From Trypethelium eluteriae (lineage: Eukaryota): a stretch of 34,231 nt of DNA. This document shows positions 1 through 10,601 of the stretch, piece after piece (positions within the stretch are counted from its first letter, which is position 1; the number at the start of each line of letters is the position of its first letter). The stretch spans positions 1 to 34,231 of the forward strand of contig JAVECL010000233.1 in NCBI GenBank assembly GCA_051942245.1, read 5' to 3'. The position numbers were made by a program, and so were the translations under genes. Below the pieces are notes generated by a model. That model was not told where the DNA came from, ran no database searches, and saw nothing but the letters and a program-made list of their open reading frames with translations.

Positions 1-698
1 GAGCTCGGTGTTGAGGAGACTTGACAATACGGGCAATATGTTGAGAAGCGAGGGTTAGATGCTATGCATTTCGTGCAGATTGCACGACCACAACAAGAGA
101 CCCGTCGACTTGCTGTCAGTGGCTTCTCACTGTCTGTTGCAGAGGAGAGGAGAGAAGCGCACGTGCAGCACGCTTCAGCCGACATTCTGATGTGATAAAG
201 ATGGATATGTACAGACTGAAGAAACAAGAGAAATGAAATAGGTGAGACGATAGGGTAAAACTAACATTAGAGTTGTTTTGAGTAGAAGGCGAACCTTGTT
301 CAGAGTGACATATTCGACGTCTCGTCGTATCGATAAGGTCGATATTTAGCGCGTCGGGTAGCGCACAGCACATGCCTGACTTGGGAGAAATTGTCAACCC
401 GCTTCTTCAATAATCTCAATTGAACACCCTTAACCTTCACAAACACTCTACCCCGAGGTATGTCAGAACGAATCTCCATGGTTTGAGCACTCTGCAGACA
501 GCTTGGACAAGTAATCATTGGCTGCTTGTCGGTGCTGGGCACGCACGATGATATGCTTCTGCTTTGCAAGAAGAGCTGAAGAACCCTCGTGATGGGCACT
601 CTTTGCGCTCGGGCTTCTGAAGGCTGATCAATATCCTTCAATCGCAGATACCTCAAGCCGCATTCGCCGCTTGAGAATCTCAGACTTCCGTCATCAGA

Positions 699-1351
699 AT
701 GGTCCGAACCAGTGTCCTCAACGATGCCCTCAAATCTATCAACAATGCCGAGAAGACTGGCAAGCGTCAAGTCCTAATCCGGCCGAGCTCCAAAGTCATC
801 GTGAAGTTCCTTCATGTGATGCAGAAGCACGGTAAGTCAACGCCTCTCACGTTAGTCGAGCGACGGCAACCACCCCCGAGTTGATAACTAGACGATGGTC
901 TCAAATATACCTCTCCACGACTTTTGTCCTTTAAGTGCTCGGAAGATTGAAAACTTCTGCGAGAGTCTTACACGTTGCCCGAATCTAATCTGAAGTTCGA
1001 CGTTTAACTCATCGCAATATGCTGACACTCGAGTCATCAGGCTACATCGGCGAGTTCGAAGAAGTTGACGACCATCGAAACGGCAAGATCGTCATCCAGC
1101 TAAACGGACGGTAAGGGCGTGTCCTGTCTCACCAGACGCCCCTGGCTAATACAAATTAAAGTATCAATAAGACTGGCGTCATCAGCCCTCGATATAATGT
1201 CCAGCTACGAGATTTGGAGAAGTGGGTAGTGAAGCTTCTGCCATCTCGTCAATTCGGTTTCATCGTTCTTACGACGTCCGCTGGCATTATGGATCATGAA
1301 GAAGCGCGTCGCAAGCATGTCGCAGGAAAGATCCTAGGTTTCTTCTACTGA
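699..1351 (+). CDS. RPS22: 40S ribosomal protein S22 (uS8/S15a); exons 699-831, 1041-1110, 1162-1351
   Basis: Spliced translation [38 protein letters not shown]...[37 protein letters not shown]...[17 protein letters not shown] is the conserved uS8 sequence. Introns: GTAAGT..GCTGAC..CAG and GTAAGG..GCTAAT..AAG. Confidence 0.98.
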
Positions 1352-1880
1352 GCCATTACGTATGATTTTCACAGAGTAGATTAGATGGTGTGTCTATAAG
1401 ATACCCTAGCCCAAAAAGGAGATTGATTGAATTGTATCTGTCCTTTCGACCTCTCACTTGCGTAGCCTAGTAACAAGAGCGTCTAGCTCTAGGTAAAACA
1501 ATCTGGCGCCCTAGATCATTTTTTTCTTGTAGATGAGGACTGGGCGGTACGTTCTTGCTCTGTAAGACTGAAGGCCCTGGTGAACAGGGGTGCGGCAAGT
1601 TGGGAAGAAAGGCACACTAATAGTCACTATACTCAAGCCACCATGTCATTGACAGAATCATCCAAGCTAAACAATCCTCTCCCTCCTCAAAAAAAGAAAA
1701 GCAAAATAAAACAACTAAAAACGTCCAGTACCGGCAGCATCACCATCGGTTTCATTCGTTTAAACGTACCTCCCGGGCCAGGCGAACTATTGGACCTCGG
1801 CTTATCGGTCCCTACATATCTAACATACCGCCTTCTGGCAAAACTCGTCGAGTCCCTTCTACCCGTCGACAATACCAGCA

Positions 1881-3270
1881 ATGCTGGATACCATCTATGT
1901 CGTTCGACATGGGGTACATTCGCAAACCTAAAGCCCTGGGTCAACCGAACATAGCTAATCATCCATTTAGTTCCGCTCAAACTGGGTCGTTGACCCGAAA
2001 AGCGGCAAATATACAAATAATATCCGCAGTCCTACCGGTATCGATGGCGATCCCGCGCTCACTAGCTACGGTGTAGAACAGTCTAAACAGCTCGCGCAGA
2101 GGCTGACGAAAATGGATACTCCCATAGAGATGATATACAGCAGTCCGTTCTATCGTTGCGTTCAGACTTTGAAGCCATTCATCCAAGGGTTGTACAAAGA
2201 AGGAAGTCCACCCGGCAGTAGCACGGTCAAGTACGAGCATGGTCTCGGAGAATGGTTTGGAATCGCTGACTTCGAGCACCCTCAACCGGCGCAGTACGAG
2301 GTCCTCCAAGCGGAGCATTTCCCGTTCCTAGATCACGAGACGCTTTTTAGTGTCATTCCAGACCCCAAGGGCGAATCTATTGCCGGACTTCACGATCGTG
2401 TCGCACGAATTGTCAATGCCATCATCCAATTTGAAGACAGGCGGCCGGAGCAGCCTCGGGCTCTCCTCATCTGCACACATGCTGCCGTCATGATAGCAAT
2501 TGGGAGGGTTCTCACAGGCCACATGCCTGCAGATCCAAATGAAGAGGACTTTCGTTGCGGCACCTGCAGTCTGAGTGAATACAAAAGGAAGTCTCCTCTA
2601 CGAGCCCGGGAGGAATGGCAAGACTGGGAGAATGGCGTAGGAATAGCGGGCGGATGGGACGTGGCCTTAAACGGAGACTGCTCTTACTTGTCGAATGGAG
2701 AGGAGCGCACATGGTGAGTTGGAATAGTCATTGGCGCCTTTTATGTAAAGTCGTCGCTTTTGGTATTCCCTTTTTTACCCTTCGTCCTTCCTTGATAATC
2801 CTCTTGCAAGGTTAGAGGTCTGCATCTTCCCTTCACTCATCAACTGCAGGGACTTCGGCATGGAAGACCGATGGGAACGCGAATTTCCATGACTGTGTAA
2901 CAGAGGGAAGAAGTGTGAGATTATCTGATCATTCACAACACAACTTTCAATCAACCGGCTACGTTTCCATCACTGTCTCATACGTTCGCCCATTCATTCT
3001 TTTTGCAGTTCTATATCCTAACGACGTTTTTGGTCTTCGATCTTTCATTCGGCGTTATTCTTTTCCGTCTCGCCTGCGACTTCAGATATGCCCCTTGTGC
3101 GCTTTTATGCCGTGGGTTATGCCATGAATGTCTCACTTACTTACGTTTATCCCGATCATGATAGGCACTTTCAAGGCGAAGAGGCGTTTTCCAAGGATCC
3201 AGAATCGGTAAATCTGCAGAGTCATGGGGGCCGGGGAGTCAGTGGATATGGAGAACCATCCAAGTTATAG
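1881..3270 (+). CDS. Histidine phosphatase / phosphoglycerate-mutase family protein (Tfc7/tau55 phosphatase-domain-like); exons 1881-1913, 1971-2713, 3165-3270; ends in SKL
   Basis: MLDTIYVVRHG|FRSNW (RHG catalytic motif), DPALTSYGVEQ, IYSSPFYRCVQT, GLGEWFG, LLICTHAA. Donors GTACAT at 1914 and GTGAGT at 2714. The distal exon reads W|HFQGEEAF...EPSKL*. Confidence 0.9.
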
Positions 3271-3908
3271 ACGTACTTCACCATTGGCAACATGGAGAAA
3301 GAGCTATCAGGACATGGGAACTGACTTCACCGCGGGCTGAGCTCCATGAGGGAGGGCGAAGAACCTATCTACAGCTCTAAAAAGAGACGCTATTATGACC
3401 AACGCTTTCTCCTCTGGAGGATTATTATCATTAGGATGCGCTGGGATGCGGGCGCTTATGCGGCACATCTCGATCATTTGGCTCGCGGTTTCGCCTCAGC
3501 GACACAGTCCACATGCTTCGCACAGGCCTTCAATACCATAATCAACACGCTATATCGCACGTCAATCCACTCGCTATACATAACATGCACGAAAAATGAA
3601 TCAATCGATTTCTTCGATAACGCCGACTCCCAGCAGTTGCCAGCGCCGTGGCCAACATAGTTTCGTTAAAATAGCGAATCTCCGCTCAAAGTAGTCATTC
3701 TAGCAAAATTCGAACCTTCTTAATATATCATGAGAATTACCCTCCTTTGTCCTTCTATTGCCGTTCTGTTCATCGTGTTTGGCGAAGAACGATCAAGCTT
3801 TGTTTCGGCCGAATCCAAAACCTCCATATCTTGCTGAAGCTCTCTAGCAAAACCCTTAATGCTTAGATTATTCTTGTGGATGCCGGGGTCAGCGGTATGC
3901 ATGAATAA

Positions 3909-5924
3909 TCAATAAGCTTGGTTTATTTGTATCCTTCTATGAGTGTTTTTGAGATCTTGATCATTCTCAAAAACAATCTCTACAGACTGCTCACTATTCT
4001 CTAAGATCCTGATTGGCTCTTGGAATACTGTCATTGTCTCGACTCCTGCGCTAGTATTCTTCAGTTGTGCAGGCGCTCTTGAGTTAAGGCCAAGAGCAAC
4101 CAATTCTGCGATGGAGTCCCAGCTGTTTGAGCTTTGTCCAGTCCACAAGGACCAAGCCATAAACGTAAGAGCAAAAAGGCAGTAAAGGCAAAGAACGACA
4201 GCTGCAAGTATGTCGGGGACGGTCGTAATGCTGTACCCTGTGCCGGCCCCGAAGACTTCTACCTTAACTCTGGTAAGCCCGGGTTCTTGTACATCGGCAC
4301 CGGGGTCTAGGAGAGAGACGTTCAGTGAAGACATTGCGGTAGCGACCACGGTACCCAATGTAGGGCTTAACGAGGGACCGAGAGATCTCTCAGGAGAAAA
4401 GGACTCGAGCTGGCGGAATAAGTCTTGTAGCGTGACAGCAAAAAAAAGTCCAGCTCCAGCGATAAGAGAGTTTACAATTGTGGACGTCGTCGCCCAGTCC
4501 GGATCAATGGGCACAATCGCTTCTGGCCAGGTTTCGGCGGGTTCCGGCTCAGATTCGATCAGCGTGGTAGATATACCCCACTGCGGGCTATTTGGATCGA
4601 TCAATTCTCCACTTAATGTATAGATACCCAATTGGTCGAGAACCGTCTTGAGGCGGGATGACCGCCATGCCGCTTGAAGACTACACGTCCACGCGCTATC
4701 GTTTCCGGCATTTGAGCGACTTGGTGCATAGATGGCGATGATGGAATAACTGTCGCGCAAAGATTCCGGTGGTGGCAGCCAGGTAAGATGAGGATCTCCT
4801 GCCGCATTGTACGAACGCAAAAAGTCCCCCATAGTCATGCTTAGATTAGAAGGCTGCCCAGGCAGCAATTGCAGATGAGAGGCGTTCTGGGTCCCTTGTA
4901 GATCCTGTAATGTACAATGAGTTCTAACACACGGTTGTTTGCTGAGATAGGTCCACATTAATTCCGAGGTACCATCTATCTTTTTCCCCAACTTCTCCAA
5001 CCCGAAGGAGCCAGAGCTGTAGTACTGCTGACTAGGAATACACAAGCCAGGAGAGCACACTGCATACTCGGCACTCATGTCTGAATATTGACTGCCAGCG
5101 TAGGAAATGTTTGTCTTTATTGATTCAGGAAAATCAGAGGAAACGGCTGTAAGGGAGTCAGGAAGATGTTGCTGAAAGAACTGTTCGACCGCGCCCAAAT
5201 TGCTGCAGACGTTAGCCTTGCTTAATTTTCTCAACCAAACTGAAACATACGCTGAGCCTATGTTCGAAGCGGTTATTTGAGGTGGGAAGAGTTCAGTTTC
5301 ATTGATAAAGTGATGGTGGGATCCGACGTGGGTCTGCACTTGTCTTGGTAGCATCAAGATAGCGCTTGCTGGACCAACGGTAGAACCAAGAAGCACGCCG
5401 ACGGAAACCAGAATAAAATACATGATCCTGCGACGCATCCGAAGCAAGGGAGCGGTTACTGTTCCCCAGAACTCCAAGGAGACGAGAGAAGAAGCGCTGT
5501 ATATCTGACTCCCAGCAAGAAGAGCACCGAAAGGTAAAACAGCCTCGCCTGTCAAGTGATGTCGAACATAGCCAAGGACTATCGCAGCAACGGATGCCTG
5601 CATCAGGACCTCATGGAGCTTCGCAACGAATTGAAGCGCAACGTAGCTAGAGCCGTACAACACAAAGCGAATGCTGAAATTGTAGATGAGAATGACCAAG
5701 CAAGCAGCCAAAGGGACGAAGTGGACACTCGCTCGCGCGGCAGCCACGGACCGGCTTCGTCGAATTGCAATCTTTGGTTTCTCAGGCCCTCTCCAGCTTC
5801 TAAATGGCTTGACAATTTGGAGACCCAGGCTTCTTAATGTGACCCGTATATGGACGCTGATACTATGAGACAACGTGCCCTTTCGCGAGGCTTCCGAGAC
5901 ATCTCTGCTGCCAAGCGCTAACAT
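3909..5924 (-). CDS. Fungal multi-pass membrane protein of unknown function; probable 48-nt in-frame intron at 5203-5250
   Basis: 671-codon ORF with N-terminal hydrophobic helices (VHFVPLAACLVILIY, LQFVAKLHEVLMQAS, VGPASAILMLP), a luminal region with N-glycosylation sequons, and a C-terminal TM followed by SWDSIAELVAL...LKNTSAG. The minus-strand GTATGT..GCTAAC..CAG lies inside the ORF. Confidence 0.8.
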   Translation of the reverse strand: MLALGSRDVSEASRKGTLSHSISVHIRVTLRSLGLQIVKPFRSWRGPEKPKIAIRRSRSVAAARASVHFVPLAACLVILIYNFSIRFVLYGSSYVALQFVAKLHEVLMQASVAAIVLGYVRHHLTGEAVLPFGALLAGSQIYSASSLVSLEFWGTVTAPLLRMRRRIMYFILVSVGVLLGSTVGPASAILMLPRQVQTHVGSHHHFINETELFPPQITASNIGSAYVSVWLRKLSKANVCSNLGAVEQFFQQHLPDSLTAVSSDFPESIKTNISYAGSQYSDMSAEYAVCSPGLCIPSQQYYSSGSFGLEKLGKKIDGTSELMWTYLSKQPCVRTHCTLQDLQGTQNASHLQLLPGQPSNLSMTMGDFLRSYNAAGDPHLTWLPPPESLRDSYSIIAIYAPSRSNAGNDSAWTCSLQAAWRSSRLKTVLDQLGIYTLSGELIDPNSPQWGISTTLIESEPEPAETWPEAIVPIDPDWATTSTIVNSLIAGAGLFFAVTLQDLFRQLESFSPERSLGPSLSPTLGTVVATAMSSLNVSLLDPGADVQEPGLTRVKVEVFGAGTGYSITTVPDILAAVVLCLYCLFALTFMAWSLWTGQSSNSWDSIAELVALGLNSRAPAQLKNTSAGVETMTVFQEPIRILENSEQSVEIVFENDQDLKNTHRRIQINQAY

Positions 5925-6339
5925 CAGTTTTTGACCGGCCGGTCAGGGTTTATTGGAATTGTGGTACCTCGCTTGGTCGGTGGGGATCATCTCATAACTC
6001 ATGTTTGTATTTGAGTGTTGGAGGGTTTGATATGCTCTGCTCCTTAATGAACTTCAATCGCGGAGCAGAGAGGTAGATAAAAGGAGCGGAAGGGTACCCA
6101 TGGATTTGAGGCTCGCTGAAAGGAATGGCTGTGCTTCCCCTACGGCTGAGCGACGCAACGCTCAAAAACATCCCATCTGCATGCATATCCACAGAGCCCA
6201 CTACTCGACCTTGGCCAGCAACAAATCCGATGAATTAGGACGGGGCGGGCGCTCCGCCGCGGCTGGGCGAGGTAGACCTCAAAAGCAATTGTATGCATAT
6301 TCACAGCCCTAGCCCTAAGTAATGACCATAAATAAATGA

Positions 6340-6478
6340 GATAAGTGAGGACAGGACGGGTCATCGGGCGTAAGGTATCTTATAACGCGTGAAAGACTTG
6401 CACTCACTCAGATGACTGAGGACGGGACAGTTCGGACGTGAGGTATGTTACTACACGTAAATATTTCCTACTCGCTCA
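6340..6478. repeat. Diverged tandem duplication, ~70-bp unit x2 (6340-6410, 6411-6478)
   Basis: gataagtgaggacaggacgggtcatcgggcgtaaggtatcttataacgcgtg...actcactca vs gatgactgaggacgggacagttcggacgtgaggtatgttactacacgta...actcgctca. Confidence 0.75.
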
Positions 6479-8064
6479 GAAGGCGCAGGCAGGAGAACTG
6501 CAAAGTAGATTTAGATTGGCGTGAGCTTCGCTTGGCCGATGTGTATCAGCATGCCGCTGGCAGCCACAAAGCTGACGATGCCATGTCGCCGTGGTGGTGA
6601 GGCTTGGGGACCTGAGTGAAACTGATATGTGCGTCTGAGAGGCGAAGGAACTCAATGGTGGCGTTGTGGCTTGAAGGATCTTGCTGCCCTATCAAATGAG
6701 GCTTTCTGCAGATCCGGATGCGGCGACGACGCGACTATAATTTCTTGAGTCGCTGTAGTGAGAACTGCTCGGAATTTATGATATAAGATGATTAATGCAT
6801 AACAACGGGGATTTTCACCGCGCTTAGAGCGTCATAGTCGCCTGAGTTCAAAGTACTTATAATTCGTCCCGCGACGGTGTGCGGTTGCGTCCCCCCATTC
6901 GGGGAGACATCTCAGCACCTTGGGGTGTGGTGTTACAGTACCTAGGTTGAAGGTGCTGATCCTTGCTTGCTCGAACGCCGACGTCATTGGTTGAAGACCG
7001 GTTGCAGTTGGGAATTTGCGGAACAATACACCGCCACCACGACAACCTCGAGTCTAAGTGAACCTCGTCCGCTCCGAAGGCCTGCTGAAAGGATGGAATG
7101 ACATGCCGTAAACTTGAGCATGACATGGATGATTTCTCCAATGCAGGAAGAATCTGTCTGACTTGAAAGGCCGTCACTCATTTCCATCAGCGTACCCACC
7201 TGTCCAGCATCGAGTCAGATCAACATAGTAACCCTTCTGTTATTTAGTTTACAGTCTTTTCAGACCTCAGACATCATTCTTCTGTCCTCCCCCTGGATAA
7301 TCAATAGCAGTGATCGGAAAAGTCAGTGGATTGAAGCTGGATGGATAGTGCTTATTTTGAATGGATGTGGATGAATACTTCGAATTGATTCAAATTATGT
7401 CTGCAGACACGAGAATTCTAGCCGAATTAGGTTTAGCGTACGCGCATAAGTCTGTAAGGTTCGCCCCTAAACCATCTTCCTTTACGGTATGACGTACATC
7501 CGCTGGTTTAGGGACGTCCGTCCGACTTCTCTGCTGGTCTTTGGAGAAGCTCGTAGGTGAGAACACGGACACCAGAGAATCATTGTCGAATAGAAAGTCT
7601 CGAAGATACCTTATGTTTGCATACGCTAAAGCGATGTTTCTCAACACTACCAGCATTAGACCTCCTGAAAGCAGAAACGGCATTCTAGCAGAGAATTTAC
7701 GCATTCCGGCGGAGAAACTCACGCTTCCCCTCACATTCAGAACCCAGTGCGGGATGACGATGTCCACGTCCATGCCTTTAAGCCTATGAGAAAGACCTCG
7801 GCAACGTCTCCGCAATTCTCCGCAGAGGCAGGTACGACAGGTAAGTCTACGATTTTTGAATACTTCCACAAACCACAGAACGGATTGAAAAGTCAGCTGT
7901 GGTGGCGTCGGCTATAGCGATAAGCTACGATATGGATAAAATCATTTTGTTATAGCGTAAAAGCTTACCAGCTCCCATTAAATGCGAATCTGCTATTTAA
8001 TCTGCAGCAAATCCTCTGCGCGCGTGTAATCAATCTTCAATCTACATCTAGGTAATTACTTGGC

Positions 8065-9781
8065 ATGGCATTGATCAAAAAAATCACACTGGGCTTCGTA
8101 GCGGCACACCATGCCGTCACCAATGCATTCCAGTCAACACCAGTTATGGGCTACAATTCTTACAATCAAGTCTCATGCAGCCCATCCGAGTCACAGATGA
8201 CAGCAGCAATCAACGCTATGGCAAGTCGAGGATTTCTCGCAGCTGGATACAAGTATATCCAACTTGACTGCGGCTGGGGCGCACGAGATGACTCAAGAAA
8301 CGCGTCCACCGGTGCCATAAATGTCGACACTGGCGCATTTCCCAGCGGTCTCCAATCATTGAGTCAGACTGCAAGGTCAAAGGGCTTCATATGGAGTATG
8401 TATTCAGACGCCGGAGTAAGAATGTGCGATGCTGTCGCGCCTAGCCCAGTAGCTGGCTCGTTGGGTCACGAAGCGGCGGACGCGGCATTCTTTGCTAGCT
8501 TGAACGCACAATACGTCAAATGTGAGCTACCCGAGTCTTATCAATGGCTGGCAAAAGCTTATTCTATCTAAAGACGACAATTGCTATGCAGATGGGCCAG
8601 CAGCGTCGCAAAATGCCCCAAAAACCGCAAGAACCGATTTTCCAACGCGCTTCGGCACTATGTGGAACGCTCTACAGAGTGTCGGCATCTCAGGCATGCT
8701 GGTCTGCCAATGGGGAACACCGTATTCTTCACCAACTGGTCTAGAAGGGCCCAATGATTGGACTCGTGGCATATCGACATCATTCCGTTTGTCCGATGAC
8801 ATTGTAACGGGCTTCAGCAACATTTACCGGATCTACAACGAAGCAATTCACATTGCAAAGTCTGGGTTAATTGGACCGGGCCACTTTGCTGATGCGGATC
8901 TACTCGAGGTCGGAAACCCTGGTATGACATTCGATGAGCAAGCCACCCACTTTGCCTTCTGGGCAATGGTCAAGTCTGCTCTGATGATCTCTACCGACGT
9001 CAACGCATTGTCCGCTCAGACTGTAGCTGTCCTGCAAAACTCCGACTTGATCGCAATTAATCAAGACTCTGCTGGTAAACCAATCACCCTTGTTCAGCGC
9101 TTCACCAACGACTACGACATCTGGGTGGGCGACCTCAGCAACGGCGACAAGGCTGTGTTGGCAGTCGATCTCTCAAACAAAACACGCACGCTTACTGTCA
9201 ACTTCTCAATTCTAGGAATATCCTCTGCAAACGTCAAAAACCTCTGGGACCAGTCTACTGCTACCGGCATCTCTTCATATTCCAAGTCGGTCAATGCTCA
9301 CGGAACGTTGGCCTTGCGATTATCCAGCGTCAAATCGTCAATTACTAGCGCCCCAAAGATCAATTGGGCAGAAGCCGAAGCTGGTGCTCTCAGTAGCGGT
9401 GCTGCTAAAGCCTCCTGTTCAGGTTGTTCAGGCGGTAGTAAAGCTGGAAATCTCGGAGGTAGCGGCAACGGAACTCTAATACTTTCTAATATCCTTACCT
9501 CTCAAGCAACTCAGTCTGTCCGTTTTGACTACATTAACGGGGAAGTAGGCTTTTCCTTCGGTACTGCTGAAAATGAGAGGTTAGCCTCAGTCTCGGTCAA
9601 TGGAAAAGCTCCGGTCACAGTCAGCTTCCCACTTAGCGGGTACAACTGGGATAAGGACGTGTATGCGAACTATCTTGTGCAGCTTTCGGGATTTAGCACA
9701 ACCAGTGCCAATACCATCACCGTTTTCGCTTCGGGCAGCGGTTTCGCTCCTGACATTGATCGTGTTGGGGTTATGGCGTGA
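8065..9781 (+). CDS. Secreted GH27 alpha-galactosidase (melibiase-like) with C-terminal CBM35/CBM6-like module; exons 8065-8521, 8574-9781
   Basis: Signal peptide; GH27 motifs TPVMGYNSYN, YIQLDCGW, YVK|YDNC (nucleophile), FRLSDD, DADLLEVGN, THFAFWAMVKSALMI, LIAINQD. The C-terminal AEAEAG...CSGCSGG..VSVNG..N.I..APDIDRV region is typical of CBM35. Confidence 0.93.
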
Positions 9782-10245
9782 TCGAATTCGATACCCTGAG
9801 AATCTCCTATGGGTGGGCCAAGTTGACCATCGATAGTCAGATGTAAATACCAGACTTGCTACACTGGACAGCATCATAAGTATCAGGTTCTTATGTAGAA
9901 TAGTACAAATATTGTAATTTGTATTATATAAGTAGTGTCAAAAATTCTACCTAATTAGTAAACAGAAATTGCTCTTCAATATTGACAAGAAAAGATCGAG
10001 AGATTGGATCGTACAGAAAGACTGTATAGAAACTCTTACCAAGCTAATTGATATAGTACTGTATCGTTCTTGGCGAACTCCTTGGGCAATTATAAGCTAG
10101 ACCCTTTGTGGTTAGCGAAATGGATTTCGCATATTACCTCGCTTTTCCATCCACTTCACCCGTGACATCACATACCTACTTTCGTCTTCCGCTCATTGCA
10201 TGCTGCGAGTACCTATTGCATTGCTCGTGTACATCAATGTGACAA

Positions 10246-10521
10246 GGCTAGTGTTTAGACAGCCCTGGCGTGCATCGACTACCCTTAATATCATGTCCAA
10301 GGATAGGGGACAGTGTCGGGTGACAGATGTATATAGCCGTCTTGATGTAGGAAAAAAAAATCCTCCAATCGCAGATCAGCTATCGGTGCCGTTCACCATG
10401 GAGAACGTGCTATAGCCTGCTGGCAGCAGGAATTAATTTGAGCTACTCTAAACATCCAATGCGGGGTGCTAGCTGTTTATCATTTAATATTGCATTTGGC
10501 CGCAGGGTTGCTGGACTGGGG
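10246..10521 (+). promoter_or_regulatory. Candidate XlnR/Xyr1 site (GGCTAG 10246-10251) and CreA sites (GCGGGG 10461, CTGGGG 10516) upstream of the GH30 gene
   Basis: Matches to short consensus motifs GGCTRR and SYGGRG in a hemicellulase promoter. Such hexamers also occur by chance. Confidence 0.3.
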
Positions 10522-10601
10522 GTGCCTTGGAACCAAAGAAACTGGGTTGTAGAAAAGTATATTAATTCACAAGATAACAAGTCGAGTGTCTTTCTTTCGC
10601 A

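Noticed and set aside
545..630. Box C/D snoRNA-like arrangement (ATGATA..CTGA..TGATGG..CTGA) upstream of RPS22
   Set aside because: The C box is imperfect, I recognise no rRNA-complementary guide or terminal stem, and the segment lies in the RPS22 promoter/5' UTR.
300..770. 156-aa minus-strand ORF and 124-aa ORF at 1580-1954
   Set aside because: They overlap promoters or 5' ends of real genes and have no recognisable motifs, so they are probably spurious.
9880..10100. AT-rich stretch as a RIP-degraded transposon
   Set aside because: Short, consistent with the GH27 3' UTR/terminator, and lacking TIRs or transposase remnants.
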